Of a DNA stretch of 64,000 nt, positions 41,201 to 53,717 are shown piece by piece (the first letter of the stretch is position 1; every line of letters starts with the position of its first letter). Below the pieces are notes generated by a model. The model was not told the DNA's origin. It ran no database searches and saw only the letters and a list, made by a program, of their open reading frames with translations. This DNA is from Balanoglossus misakiensis. Its lineage: Eukaryota > Animalia > Hemichordata. Location: NCBI GenBank assembly GCA_040954595.2, contig CM082578.2:15608998-15672997 (forward strand). Direction: 5' to 3'. The position numbers and the translations under genes were made by a program.

Positions 41201-44200
41201 TCATTTTTTATAATTTTCTGTCCTATGATCAAAGAAATTGAAAATTATATAGCATCTGAAATGTCATCTCTCAGTGAAATTCTGAAACAAAATTTTACAA
41301 GAATTCAGGTAGAATCAGTGCTGTACAGCGTTCATACATACAATCTGATATAGCCTGCAGCATTTTGTTACTATCTGACTTGCCGAACAGATATCCTGCA
41401 CTTTTCATGAATGTTTAATGGTTTCTTTATTGGTCGGATTTTATCATCAGAACTTCCATTATCGTACGCACAAACTGAAGGAGAATGAAAACCATTACAT
41501 GCCTCTCCTTTTTTTTCCTTTTCTTTTTTGACTCAAAGATATTTGTTGGGCGTCGCTATTGGTCCCCTGTGAATATCAACAAGCAGCCAATGTTTATCTC
41601 TGAAAGACATTAAAATGTCATATAAATCAACATATAAACACTGGTCATGTGCAGGGATCTGCTGAGGGGCAAAAATGGCCAAAGTTTTGAAAAGGGAAAT
41701 TTTAAAATAATGATGCTCAAGTATGAAGGCAATACAGCTAAGAGGATGGCATGTACATTGTAACTCCTTGTGTTACGTTTTTTTTTTTTTTGCATAGAAA
41801 ATACAAGCCACAGTCTCAATGTCCTCCACACTCTCCCACTATCAAATGCTCCTCCTCTAAAGACCTTCATACAAATATTGACATGTTTATGCGGAATGTA
41901 CTTCATGTATGCTTACATGGGAAAACACTTTCTCACATTCCAAGCTGCCGGGAGTGTGTGGGATCGACAGTGTGGGATAAACTGATCCCACACTCTTGCA
42001 GAATCGAAATCTTTATATGACACAAGCGCTGATTGGATAATAAATGCTCCTTGAACAATGTGTGCAAAATGTTATCCAATGGCACACACCGAATTTCTCA
42101 CACTTGTCTGGAATATTTTTGTCTCACGTCAGCTGCGTTGAGACACAATATCCCCAAACTTGTGCAAGAACTCTAATCCCAGGTCGTATTAAAACTGAGG
42201 TGTGAGATTCTATTAGTGACTGTTTGGCACAGCAAAGCCTCTTGAAAGTACTCAGCAAACGAGATTCTAAAGTCTGGCAAATATAATTATTCATTTCTGC
42301 GGAATACACAATCACCGCTATGATTATATGAGATTAATAGGTCATCAATTTGAGGTTATATTCTTCAGTGGTTTCACTGGGCAATCTTTTAATAATTACA
42401 TGGACAAGTCACAATGACAAATAATCCAATAATATGGGTAATGGAACTTCTATATAATTACAATTATAATAGACCAATCAATGCCTTGAAATGTGATACC
42501 CTATAAATTGCAGTCAAAACTTAGACACAATGGAATATTATATTATAGTACTTTAAATTTGTAATTAGTAATTAGACACCAGCATGTACTTGTCTCATAA
42601 TTGGAATTAAAATATTACGTGTACCAGCGTTTGAAATTTAAGATCAGTCAGTTTATTTTCTGTGTCCATGCACTGTCACATACATACATATGAATTTTTA
42701 TAACATAATCCACTTTGAAATTTTGATGAGTTTCAATATATCTGTGATAAAACGGGCTAGATAAAGACACTGACACATAGATGTATTATTAGAATATATC
42801 GCCTTATAATAGATAGCTGTTGCAGAAATTCGCCATGAAACCACTTAACTTTATTGAAAATGTTGCTTCGAAAGCTGAAATGAGATTTTTAATAGTTCTT
42901 TGTGCGGCATTACTCAAGGAACTTCCAAGCTTGCCCTTGGTGAATTGAATGTGGCCTACCAATGTAGACTTGTAATGAAAATAGAAAATAGAAAAGTGAG
43001 ATTGGGTCCATGATTAATTCATCTGGGAATACACTAATCTGCAGATGCAGTCAGCGTTTTTGAAAGATCTAATTTTCTCAGCTCAGAGAGTGGCCAGGAT
43101 ATTCACAATACATACTCTGGTAAACACTCAGTCGTTTTTCACCACCCACCATCCATACTTAAATCAGTATTTCAAATTACCTCACGGAAAATTTGACCCC
43201 AGCCTGTAATTATACTTCTTTTAACTTTTTTTTCAGCCTAGTGCCTGCATAGAAATCATCACATTGGCGACAGTCGATAAAGATTGAAAATTCACTTCTG
43301 ACTCCACTATAGAGCAGCCCAGCTGAATGCATGACATGTCTATCACTACATACAATGAATTTACTAGGCCTCAGTCACTTTTGAAAAGAATTTTTAACAG
43401 ACTTTTCTTGCATTATTTCCTCGAGGCAAGGTTTAAAGAAAAATTTCGCCAAATGAAAAGTTTCATTTCTGAATCAAATGCTTGCATTATTCTAAGTTAC
43501 GAGCTAATAATGGTGAGCATAATCATTAATGGGCTTCATATCTGATACAAACCATTATCCGAAGCAGATACACAATTATGCTAGTGGCTGGGTGATTTAT
43601 TCATATTTCACCTGTTAGTACAAATCATTCAGATCTTTGGAAACAGAAATGGAATATATTGATTTTTTTATTCCATTAAAAAAACTGCAAAAAAAAAAGA
43701 TGTGTTTCATTGATTTTTCACAATAACAAACAAAGATTGACTACTAAGAGCCTAATTCAATAAAAAACAGCTATAAAAGAAAATGTTTGCACAGTATGTG
43801 TGCCACAGCGGATCTAAAGGTGTTTTATTCCAGCGTCAACCTTTAACATAAGAAAAATATCCTTAAATGTCAGTCATTAAAATGCTATTAATCTCTCACC
43901 CTGACATTTTCTCTGTAAACCAGAATGGAACAACATATTCCAGAGACATTACATGATTTTTTTAGTTTTTAAACTCGGAAGTTCATACACCCCATGGCAG
44001 CTTTCAGTGAAGTTTGGTGAAAATAACAGCAAGAAAGGAGTATGTTGACTAGGATGTTGGACTGGTTAAAAAAAATATGTTTATTTCAGAGACTAGAGTT
44101 GGAAAATGAGAACTTAGAATGTTATGGTGAAGCTTAAGATGGGGCAGGACTGCGCACTCTTTTGGAACACGTGCACATGACATTTTCTAGGTGTTTTGCA

Positions 44201-47200
44201 TCAAGGTCCATATATCCACAATCTCATGTTTATATCATCCTTTTGAAGAAGAGATTGAAGAAAACATTAGCCACTGAAAACCAGAAAAAGGCATTCTTTT
44301 ATGGCATCCCCAACTATTTATTGGTTTCTACGACAACACTGGACATTAAAAACAACTTTTCCAGGTAATTTAAAACTAGGTTGCTTATTTTAAATGAGTC
44401 TACGACTACAAATAGCCCACAAAAATACTTTCTTGATAATCATTTGAATGATCAATATTCGTAACCCAAAACATTATTTCACACAAATACTGCAGGAAAT
44501 TGTTTGCCTGATCTCAATTGGATCGTAATAAGGGTTTTTTTTTGCAACTCCATTTAGTACAGTCCAGCAATTGGGTTCCCTTTGTGTAGAGGTAACCAGT
44601 TATATGGTCAATTTGAGGAACTGGTTATTTTCTTCCATGAAGCAAAATTGCACATGATCAATTACTTGAAAAATTGAACTTCAATGCACCCTGTCTATAA
44701 CCCCTTCACCACCATGGTTTGGTCCCAACCCATTCTTTTCTTGAAAGAAATGAGGGTTAAAGGGTTATAAAAACTGCATTTGAGCTAATTATCAATACCG
44801 TCGTCAGTGATGATCTTTTTGAAAGTGTTTATCAGCGGAATTACAAAGATGAGATCTATAGCCATTGCAAATCACTGCTATTTTCTCTCAGTTTCTGGCT
44901 CATCAAATCCCAAATTACTGTCTGGGCTCACAACCTGCATCTGCATTGCCTCATAGAATGTGATCGTATATTACTGTCTTCTTATATCAAATCTCAGTGG
45001 ATCCACAATTAGGATGGTCCTCCCTGCTGCACTGCTTATTTTGTCTCCAGTAAATATTCTCAAATTTATAACATTAGATCTCTAAATACAGCAAAAGAGT
45101 AATTTACTTATGTGCGCAATTATTTGGTGACATATTAAAATAGTGAGGTCGAAATAACAACAGTACAATGGACATAGTATTAGTCTGCCAAGATATACTG
45201 TATATGTAGTTATAATGGCATTTACTGCAATAAATGTTCATCAGACTAAATTAACTATGAATGCAGTATTGTATCAAAATTGTCGAACTCATTCGTGCAT
45301 GTCAACTACTGACATTTTTTCCTATAAGTTCATACTTCTGATGCCTTTGTTGCCTAGATCACAAGATTTTGAATAAAATTACCTGTAATATTGCAAAATA
45401 CCAATTTCCTCTCATCATGGACTTCCTTAATAACTGCTCATTAACTTTTCAATGGAAAATGGTATCAGGTTTAGATCTGCCTAGCTGTACACTTCCCTGC
45501 AGTTTCTCAAATTACACTTTTGTGTCACAGTTTTCATGCTCTGATGCCCAAAGACTTCTGTTCGCCTAGTTTCTCGTCTTAAGCCACAGAAGAAAAGTTT
45601 TATGGACGTGCACTTTGATAGTTGCTGTATTCAGTTTGTGCCATACATTACAAAATGTAAAAAAGAAAACTTGTGAGTTTGTTCCATTAAATTTTTTTTT
45701 AGAAACTTAACAGCTGCTTTTGAGCCATTAAAAAAACTATTTATTGCTTTTGTTTGTAAAAAGAAAAGTTGATAGCCATAATTTTCTCCTACTTGCACAG
45801 CTGACGTTGAGCACCAGTGTAATAAACTTTAAGTCTAAGCTACCATGTATTCTTCACTTTTGAGTCATTAGTTAATATTAATGGCCTATACATTTGGTGA
45901 TCCAAACTTAGACTGGATTTCAAAAGCATTCAAGTCAGTTTTTCTCACGAGACTATCCAAGATTAGTTTATAATTTAACTGTATTAAAAATTTATGATGT
46001 GTGCAGCTACATGTGAATGGTGTTTTTTACAATGAACTGCATGAGATATAAGTCTTTCTTCTGTGATTATAATCCTTGCAGAATACTGCAGATTCATTCA
46101 GACTCTTTGAAAAAAAAACTACATTCGATCTGTTCTTACAACATAAAATATCAGATGTCACAGAAAAATACTTAGCTGTTCAATTATTCACTTTATACTT
46201 TTTCAGTTGGAAGTTTCTTCGAGAAATCACGACATTATCAGCCTAGTACAGGTAGTACAGGCTTGTTCTGGTGTTTTCTTGAATAGGCTAGCAGTCAACT
46301 AGACCCTATGTTGAACGCAAATAATACCATCATGCATTGCGGATACCCTATCTACGGAGAGTACATTGTTTATCTGTTGACCACATTGTCCCCCATCACT
46401 TCACTCATCATATGTCATCACAACTGTTTTGTGTCCTGAACTCCTTTCACAATAGCATTATATTTCATTGACAGCTCAGCAATATGTTACAATTTATGAC
46501 AACATCAAAGAAATTGATTAACGACAAAATGTTAATGAAAAGTCTTTATAATCATTGTGCACAAAAGAAGTAGGGTCTCACCACATGTACTTTTTAAAAT
46601 AAATTACGATCGATGATCATATGATCAATGGCTACATCATTATTTTGCTATGTTATTTCAAAGCTTTAACATCGATTCAATGTATTTTTACACCTTCGCA
46701 ATACCATTTCCATTATTAGTTCAGGTTATTTAGCAGTGATGATTATGAAGGAACTGACTGGTCACAGATGTCAAGTTGGGCATTTGTTTTCCTGGGCGTC
46801 AGCTGACAAAAAGCGTATTGCATTGCAAAGCGAGAGAGCAATGAAAAGGGGAAAAATGATTTAAAGAGCTGGTTCTGGTTTTACCGTAGCTTTTTCCCCC
46901 AAACTGGGGTGGACTCATGGAGATCCATTTTTATATCTGTATTGAAAAACAAAATTCTAATTTATGGTATGTAAATAAAGAGAGCACGACTTATAATTTA
47001 TATCATAAAACATGTTATGGCAGATTCCATTTGTGCTACTGTTCACACGTGTAGAACTATACTATAGTTCTTCACCCAGAATTCAAAGTGGAAATTTTTA
47101 TCACCTTCAATGCATGTGTGCACTTAGTGCCACAGGTTAGAAGCACCTTGGTTTTCGAAATGGGTAAAATATCTATGAGAGGGCAGGAAACCCTCCCAGC

Positions 47201-48521
47201 AGAAATTTGGCACAAAAATTTCAACACTTAATTAGCAACATCCAAGAGTCACGTACCCTGGCTCGACTTATAATTAAGGAAATGATTCACTGAATGAAGT
47301 AGGTGTTGTAACACTGAGTATGCTAAGTCAACCGCGCCATTATTGGGTCATGATTTTTCATCAATTACTAATTACATTTGCTTTACATGGGGAAATTGAT
47401 TATTGGATTTGACAAGATGCATGTAAAATCAATCTGAATGTGTAGATTTCTTCTAGACCACTAGATTAATGGAAATTTGAAAATTAGATTTGAATATTCA
47501 TTTATTTTCAAGTTAAAGCATGTCAGTGAGAGAATACATTCAGACATGCATGGGCTGACAGGATAATCATTGTTTCAATGCAGAGTCAAACACAGTGAAT
47601 ATTATTCTAATTCTTCATGTACTTTTAGCAACTTCGATGAATTTAACTTAGGTATTCTTTCAGTCACTGTTCTATCATCACACTTGTTTGAAGTTTTTCA
47701 GAATTTGATCTGCCCTAGCGAGGATAATGAATCAGCTCAGACAAGTATTTACTTGCATACTGCAGTTAAATTATATCATGTCAAAAAATAAGAATGGACC
47801 ATTTAAAAATATTGCAGAATTGTACGTTAAATACCGGAGTAGATCAAAACGACAAACTTTTGTGATGCAATTAAGCAGCTGAGTCTCCTTGAATGTATAC
47901 TATGACAGGAAAACAACTGAATATTCACATAATATCCATGGATTTTATTGGGAACCACAAAACTGCAACAGCTTGATTGATTACGTAAAGTTCAACAAAA
48001 GATTGATTGCTCGATACAAAAATCATTCTGCTTTGTCATCTTAAAATTGGCAGGGTGCAAAAACTAAGCAAGACCAAAAGTAAAATGTACTGAGAAGCTT
48101 TCTCACTGTCCATTTTCTGCTCATGAAATTTCTGCATGTGGAAACATAAGTGGGTAGATGTTACTTACAACACACTGTGCCCTCAAAATGAAAAAAACAA
48201 ACCCTGATGCAATGTAATGAGTTATTTTGGTCAACTGCATAAAATGTACAAAATGTACATGTCACTGTGCTAATATTCAATGTTAGAAACATGTATAAAT
48301 ATTCTGTGTACAATTTTACAAAAAAATCCTTTTCCAGTTATGATCACAATACCATGAAAACAATAGTGTTAGTAAAAATACAGGGACCTCGGACTGATAC
48401 TCAGATAGAGAGAAAGAGAGAGATAAATAAATAAATAAATAATAAATACATAGCAAGATAAAAAAAAAATACATAAGTAAATACTACAAAGTACTAAAAC
48501 TACTACTACTAAATAAGTAAG

Positions 48522-48580
<59 letters not shown>

Positions 48581-51205
48581 ATACAAGAAAAGTAGGTTGT
48601 GATGTCTGTGGTTGCCCAAACCTTTCCTTCACTCAGATCAACAACATAAAGTCTCATTGGTGAATCACAAGTAGTAAATACAAGTAGGATACAATGCTTT
48701 AAATTTCTACGCAAAATGAAATTTTACCGAGCATTAAACAACCCTATAAGTGAAAGCAGCTTTGTTATAACATCTACATGACTGTGAGAGTCCAAGGAAG
48801 CCAAAAGGCCATAAATTACTCCAAAGGTTGGACACTTATTAATAATTCAAGACATATGATTGTAGAATGAACCAATTTATGTTAACCACTATCATACAAT
48901 CCACAGGTGGGTGAAGTGGTATCTTGGCCTTTACATACAGCATGTGATGTGCCATTGCTCAGCAATATGGTAAAAAATTGCTGGTAATAAGGTTCAAAAT
49001 TGAGTTTGAGTGAATCACCATATTTCGTAGAAACACACACACCACACTTTTCAAACAGTCTTTATTCAAATTGATGCATGTCTCAACTTGATTTCAGTAG
49101 AATTCAGTGAATGTAAATATTCAATACTGACTTCATTTGAATTCATTGGAAAATTTAAAATCCACCATAGTTCAGTTAATACTGAGAAATAAACAAATGA
49201 CCTCTTAATTGTCTTATCACAGACCTGTAACATAAGGTCAGCTGTTTCTAACACATGGTTGATGACAGCCTCAGGTATACTACTTACCCCTGCCCAGGAT
49301 GGCCCATGGGGACTGCCATCTTTAAACGTGTGTGGTGACACATTGTCAATGTCGTCAAAACTGGATTGGTTTATTTGGTTCTATGATGTCCAGACAGCTT
49401 CACCATACACATACACAAGTAATTGTGCAATTTTTACCTTTGGTTTGATTTGACTCAACATTTAACCTAACCTCGTAAACTTTTTAGATAATTAAAGCGA
49501 CCATGTTCCTTACCAGAACATTCTCAATGTCTATGGATACAATCTTTCTGATAGGTGCGCATGCATTTAGAAAAACAAAATAGGTGTTGTTTCCTTATTG
49601 TCAAGACAGTACATGTAATAGCAAAACTACGTTTTATAATGAGGTTTGTTGCCACAGCAACCACTCCAGTGAGAGTTATGATTACAATTACGATTTGTTT
49701 TACAGATAAATATGCATTTGCTGCTGTAGTATAATCTGTCTGGTACATGTCTTGTTGTCCTTCATCAGTTTAATACTGGGATTAACGACTTCATCCCATA
49801 TTTATCATGTGATGTGACTTCCAAGGATAAAATATGGGCGGGTTCGGGAGAGTGCTCTAAGTAAAATTTCTGTATAACTGTTAGAAATAGCCATCTTACC
49901 AATTCTTGTCTTAAAATTAAATTCCCTGTTGGAAAGTGTTAAATTTGTATGAACCTATCATAATTTTCTTTTACACTATATTACATGCAATTGTAAAGTC
50001 ATGTAAAAAGGGTTAATCCCTTATTACACACAGCATAAGCAGTGATTTTAAATGACAACTCATCCATGGTTTGTTTGCCAATTCTCATCTCATTAGAGAA
50101 AATGCTCTCATTAATAATTGATAGAAAGTATGCTATCTTGATTCAGCTTTTGTACTTAACTGTCCATGGGTGTGCATTAAATAATAGCATATTATTGATT
50201 TGAAACGGGCTGTCCATTGAAACAGTTTAAATGTTACTGGTACCTTTAATGTTACAAGTAGAACAGAAAAACTATATCCACATCTATTTCTGATCATGCG
50301 TTTGATAGGGGTGAAATAAGTTCATACCTAAATATGCTGGCATGAAACCCATCAAAATAAATGTGCCTACAGCCTTAAGGTTGGTTTTTCCATAATATCT
50401 CACTTGAAAACTATAACTCAACTATGACATTTGGCCCAATTTGACAATCAGCACTGTGACAGCTTGGATGAAGGCTTGGTAAAATGGTGCGAGCTTTTTT
50501 TTGCAAAAAATGCACGCAACTTGAATCATCATCGCCGTTGTACTGAACGGTGAACATTGAGATTTTTTTCGCAAGCCTAAGAAGAACTTGGTACGTCTGT
50601 CAAACTGTGAAGAAACACGAACAAATTGAAATGTCCGATCCAATACTACCTCAATCTAGCGGTTCAGTACAGTGCAGATGTAAACACGGAAGTGGATTTG
50701 TGAATCAACGCGCGTCCCTGGTAATCATGGTAATCTGTGGTGTCGATCATCAAATAACTATCACGGATGCTTTGATCAACTTGTCATATCCCATCTACTC
50801 TACATCTGATTGTGGCAATTCTCTAACCACTACGCAATCTGGCATGCCAACTTACCTCTCAACCAAAAGGCCACCAAACATTGACCCAACTAGCGTGCTC
50901 AAGGCTTGGGCGAAAAACACCCAACTCATGGTTTCGAGTGGACTGCTTGTGAGACAGCCCAAATCTAACAGAGTCGGTCCGAGTAATGCTACACACATGC
51001 CAAAACTCCAAAACACACTACAGTAAGTCACTGTTGCTTGCATGTTTTCTTGAAATAGTTCTCTGGCTGATACTAATGTGGTACCGTCTTCCAACGGCGT
51101 CGATTCTACCGGCGGTACTTTCTTCTCCATGGCTACACCGTTGCCGTGTCCTGTTTCCGACTTTCCCTCGACAGGAGATTCGAGTTCAGTGACAGAAGTT
51201 GCCAT
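17241..51205 (-). CDS. MFSD4A: MFSD4A-like major facilitator superfamily transporter, about 571 aa
   Basis: Ten exons (minus): 51205-50856, 23525-23330, 22668-22429, 22135-22015, 21348-21215, 20844-20671, 20460-20313, 20159-20089, 19855-19738, 17404-17241 (TGA); 1716 nt, all phases match. Motifs TYCSVFWSFGMCVALLGPTLLDL, MGIAMGTIDTTAN, FLQALHFCYGIGAFISPIIAEPFL, YGGYVYTYSV, YWGSFALGRL, GLFLSSIYP, GAATGEM are characteristic of MFSD4. The terminal exon choice is less certain. Confidence 0.88.
44698..44767. mobile_element. Short degenerate piggyBac-like MITE remnant
   Basis: Ends TAACCCCTT...AAAGGGTTA are imperfect inverted repeats with CCC/GGG termini next to TTAA-like sites. The left end TAACCCCTTCACCACCATGGT has a reverse-complement relative at 15687-15708 (ACTATGGTGGTGAAAGGGCTAA). 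Confidence 0.35.
48423..48583. repeat. (AAAT)n microsatellite cluster in MFSD4 intron 1
   Basis: Tandem TAAA units at about 48423-48447 and 48522-48583. This explains the FIYL-repeat ORFs in the track. Confidence 0.95.
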
Positions 51206-51657
51206 CGTCCGAATTTATAGTTTGTGACTGTGAATTTCGGTGTCGTCGTTGCCTCTTCGCTGCTTGCGTTCCCATAAACGTATCTCTATATGACAACTTT
51301 TAAATATCAAATCTATCTGAGGTGAAGTTTTCTCCAACGTCGTGGTTGGTCGACGACGACGGGGGCGATGGTCAACGCCTTTGCAGCAAGGTAATATACA
51401 ACTGAAGTACGTAGCACTTTTTTCATGCTGACTATTCCATTCGTACACGGGGGCGGTCTTCTCAAATTTCATATGCGTACTGTGACGTGGCTATTACGCT
51501 TGAGTGCTGGTTCATTGACCATGCAAGACCAAATCACGACTTTTATTATCATGATTATGCTGAAGCATCTAGCAATGTTTCATATTGTTGAAAGTGAACC
51601 AAAGTAATTATGACCAGACAGTTTTGAATTTCTCGAGTTCAATGTGGAAGAATAGGA

Positions 51658-51693
51658 GAATGAATGAATGAACGAACGAACGAATGAATGAAT
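51658..51693. repeat. (GAAT)n/(GAAC)n compound microsatellite upstream of MFSD4
   Basis: gaatgaatgaatgaacgaacgaacgaatgaatgaat read directly. Confidence 0.9.
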
Positions 51694-53717
51694 GGCCGGG
51701 GTGGGGCATGGATGTGATCACAGGTTTGGAATTACAGGTTTATGTGACATCCCGAGTATGGATTAACTGAATCGGTGATGAAAATAGAGTAGCAATCTGG
51801 ATTGTTGTCACATATCACACACCTTGAAGACTTTTTAATTTTTGTAGCGTTCAGTAACTGAATGGCAATGTTTCTTCATTGATAACATTTGGGTCTGTCA
51901 AATTCAACTTGAAGGTCACACCGTCAAAGTGTTCATCTGTCAATCACATTTTCACTTGGATGCCATGTAGATTAGAGCGCCATCACATGGTCACTAGAAT
52001 ACTATAACACGCATTTGAAACCATCCAAGTTTTTTCCCCAAAAACAATATTTTATCCTTCCTCCAAAGGACAACATACTCTGTTGTAGATATAATAACAT
52101 CGCTTTATTGGACAAATGACATATTACAGCAAGTCCATCAATTCAGCACGCAAGAACAAACTGTTAAAAATCTGCCATCACACACTATATATCCCATGTA
52201 CAATACACAATAATAAAGATATAGTAATCATTTTGAATTCATGTTTACAGGGCCATACAATCCAATTCATGCATGCTGGATTCTGAGTAAAACCATCCAT
52301 GAAGTGAAGTCACAACACATTCCTGAGTCTAAAAATGAGACTTTTGGAATATTGAACAAATGATGGATTCACAGACCTAAAACAGGCCTAAGATTATTGC
52401 ACACAAAAATTATCATACAGATTTTTGTTGACATGCTAGCTGATATTTGACTTTCTCAGTTGTACTGTATGTACTTTTCTGATTAAATTTACAGTATCTA
52501 AAAAAAAATCATTAACACTCAGACACAGAAATTTTCAAGGTCTGAAAAATATTGTAATTCTTTTTAAAAGCTAATGTTGTAACAGATTCTCAAAATACCA
52601 CACAGTAAGATATCTTCTGAGTTTAAAAATGAACACAGTATATTTATCAATCACATTGTGAAGCCTGAACAAATTTTTATTATACAAGACAGCTGTCGAT
52701 GTGCGCATGTATGTACTGTATGTACATGTATGTGCGTGTGTCTTTTATATGACTATGTATACTGTGTACATGTACAAGTCTGTACCAACCTATGAAAATG
52801 TCAGTTTTTTTCATTTTTACAGTAAACTGGTGATTGATGTTGCTAATCTGATGCAGTGAAGGAAAATGGTAATACAACACAGTACAGAGGCTATCCTGTA
52901 TTATCTCAAGACATACTGAATGTATAATCTATTGCTTTAGCTGGAAGACTATGCATAATAAAAGCTCCTATATCATCAAAGAAACATTGTTATTGCTGTT
53001 GGGCAAACAAGGGATAGACAGTCAGAGAATACTAGGCAGAAATTCATAATTTTGGAGGAAAACTAAACACATGACAGTTTATTCTAATTACTTTGTGTTT
53101 TATGAAAACACTGCTGAAATGGAATTTAAGATGGCCAAATAGATCAATCATGGAAAAGGGACTACGCCATTCTCATATCCTTCAAATAATGTGCAATTTT
53201 TCAACACAAATTTTCCCTCCTATATATGTTAATGGTATGAATGATTTGGAAAATCAATATTTCATGAAGACGGGATATTTGACTGGGAAAGTCTGTAAGA
53301 TTCCACACACTCAAAATGAAAAAGTAATGATCTGTGAAAAACAGCTCATAAAATGATTTGTGCAGAAAGGTGGGTTATTTGTATTAACAAACAAAAAGAC
53401 AATAAAATACCAGCATGAAAATCAACTTTGTATAACTGTGGCCTTTGCGAAACATCATTCTTTGGATACCTCGAGCCATTCTTGAAGATTCAAAAATGAC
53501 ATACACCGGGCCTGAATTTTGAATTTCATGTTAATTTCTTGGAGTGCGTTGACATCTCTGGCATGTCATATTGGCTTCATATAGAGGGCACACTTGCTGC
53601 GGCAGAATTATTTTACCATGATGGCATTTGCATAATGGATTCCAAATTATCCAGACTGTTCTCTTCAGTCGAGTTTGTTCAAATAGCATAACTTTGTGCA
53701 ATTTCTGGCCTTCCTGT

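Noticed and set aside
48369-48714. Hydrophobic FIYL-repeat ORFs
   Set aside because: These are translations of the (AAAT)n microsatellite.
50550-51026. 158-aa plus-strand ORF overlapping MFSD4 exon 1
   Set aside because: It is an antisense shadow of the real coding exon, with a non-ATG start and no domain features.
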